From: Cryomorphaceae bacterium
GTDB lineage: Bacteria; Bacteroidota; Bacteroidia; Flavobacteriales; Schleiferiaceae
Length of the DNA: 64,000 nt
Direction of reading: 5' to 3'
NCBI GenBank assembly: GCA_038143125.1
Contig: JAYQLJ010000006.1
Location: 73,557-137,556, forward strand
The notes beneath the pieces are model-generated. The model did no database searches. It was not told where the DNA came from and worked only from the letters and a program-made list of their open reading frames with translations. Positions 63,025 through 64,000 of the stretch are shown here, one piece after another. Each line of letters opens with the position of its first letter. Position 1 is the stretch's first letter. The translations under genes and the position numbers were made by a program.

Positions 63025-64000
63025 ATGGCAACAATCCAACGCATCAGACAGCGCTCAGGACTTTTAGTAGTCGTGGTGTTTGTAGCACTCATTGCTTTCC
63101 TCTTAGGAGATTTATTCCGCTCCGGTGGATCTAAGTTTTTTGGAGACCCAAATATCATCGGAACCGTTAATGGACGGGATATCACGCGTCAAGAACTCAG
63201 CCAGGGAATGGAGGAGCTACGTGCGGGAAATCCAGAACAATACGCAAACACTAGCAGTATCCAGCTCGCAAACTTTGTTTGGAATAACATCGTTACTGAA
63301 GAGTTGCTTTCTGCTGAATTAAGTGCAGCAGGCATGAGCGTAAGTGAGCAGGAGATTTATTTTGATATCATTACCAACCCAAATATTCGTCAAAATTTTA
63401 CCGGTGCTAACGGGCAGTTTGACGAAAACATGTTCAAGAGTTACATCGCGCAGGTTCGCGAGAATCGTGATGCTTCCGAACAATCTGTAGAGATGTGGAC
63501 GCAGTGGTTGGCTTTCGAACGCGCAGTGGCGAATCAAGCACAAAACTTCAAATACACCAACGCAATCGAAAAGGCGATTTTTATGCCGACCGGTCTTGCA
63601 GAGACGGAAATTAAACGAGGCGATGCGCAACATCCAGCGCAGTACGTTTATGTGCCTTATATCGATGTAAACGAAGATGAAATCGATGTTACCGAAGAAG
63701 ATGCAAAGCGTTATTACAATGCGCATAAAGAAGATTTCAAACAGGAAGAAGGACGGAATATTGAATTCATCAACTTCCCATTGGCTCCTTCTGAGTCGGA
63801 TCGTGAAGCAGTGCGTGCGGAATTGGCCACTCTTTCATTAGAATGGATGAACGAGGAAGATGATTCTGTCTTCGTTAATTTACACAGTGATGTTCGTTTC
63901 CAATCGGAATACTACACCACTACAGAATTAGTGGGTACTGGTTTAGATACACTTGTAGACGGACAATCTGTCGGGTATCAGAAGGGACCTATTGATTTAG
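63025..64000 (+). CDS. PpiD/SurA-N-domain periplasmic chaperone (peptidylprolyl isomerase family), 5' part; continues past window end
   Basis: ATG 63025; MATIQRIRQRSGLLVVVVFVALIAFLLGD membrane anchor; open for 325 codons to the window edge; absent from ORF track (no stop). Confidence 0.75.
   Translation, partial: MATIQRIRQRSGLLVVVVFVALIAFLLGDLFRSGGSKFFGDPNIIGTVNGRDITRQELSQGMEELRAGNPEQYANTSSIQLANFVWNNIVTEELLSAELSAAGMSVSEQEIYFDIITNPNIRQNFTGANGQFDENMFKSYIAQVRENRDASEQSVEMWTQWLAFERAVANQAQNFKYTNAIEKAIFMPTGLAETEIKRGDAQHPAQYVYVPYIDVNEDEIDVTEEDAKRYYNAHKEDFKQEEGRNIEFINFPLAPSESDREAVRAELATLSLEWMNEEDDSVFVNLHSDVRFQSEYYTTTELVGTGLDTLVDGQSVGYQKGPIDL

Noticed and set aside
1-64000. Search for CRISPR arrays, transposases, integrases, phage genes, toxin-antitoxin pairs or defence-system-like clusters
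   Set aside because: None of the translated ORFs or intergenic regions shows such signatures. Gene content and synteny are typical flavobacterial housekeeping, so I do not claim a novel system here.
1-64000. Interpreting the many split genes as real genome decay (endosymbiont-like pseudogenisation) or programmed recoding
   Set aside because: Most hand-checked breaks are run-length changes of one base. Essential genes are affected, and there is no accompanying gene loss, AT drift or mobile-element expansion. Sequencing error is the simpler explanation, but it cannot be proven without reads.

Overview
This window reads as ordinary core chromosome of a Bacteroidota organism, most likely class Flavobacteriia. 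Support: a gldD-gldE gliding pair, several cargo proteins with type A and type B T9SS C-terminal sorting domains, an HMG-CoA reductase plus GYDIA-type GHMP kinase mevalonate pair, the coaX-OMP-TPR-lptC-CNNM-ppiD synteny block, and recurring TAnnTTTG -7 promoter boxes. I call about 75 protein genes, nearly all housekeeping (aroB/aroA, purE/purK, serS, rpmA/rplU, ssb, mutY, HU, rng, recX, prfB, fumC, adk, obg, crcB, coaX), one tRNA-Phe and several intrinsic terminators. I found no CRISPR array, transposase, integrase, prophage or recognisable defence island, and no convincing novel multi-gene system. The dominant anomaly is technical or evolutionary. About 30 genes, including essential ones (serS, adk, obg, rng), are split by 1-nt indels. 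In most junctions I reconstructed by hand the indel sits in a homopolymer run (a few are only dinucleotide runs), which points to uncorrected sequencing error rather than decay. Secondary points: an apparent deletion junction fusing a truncated SprT-like gene to a 5'-truncated purK, a hotspot of frame breaks at 49.8-54.2 kb, several small ORFs below the track cutoff (bS22/Thx-like basic peptide, small lipoprotein, CxxC zinc ribbon, 2-TM peptide), and an L21 with a KKPAA-repeat tail. Coordinates follow the supplied ORF track; hand-derived ones are good to a few nt.
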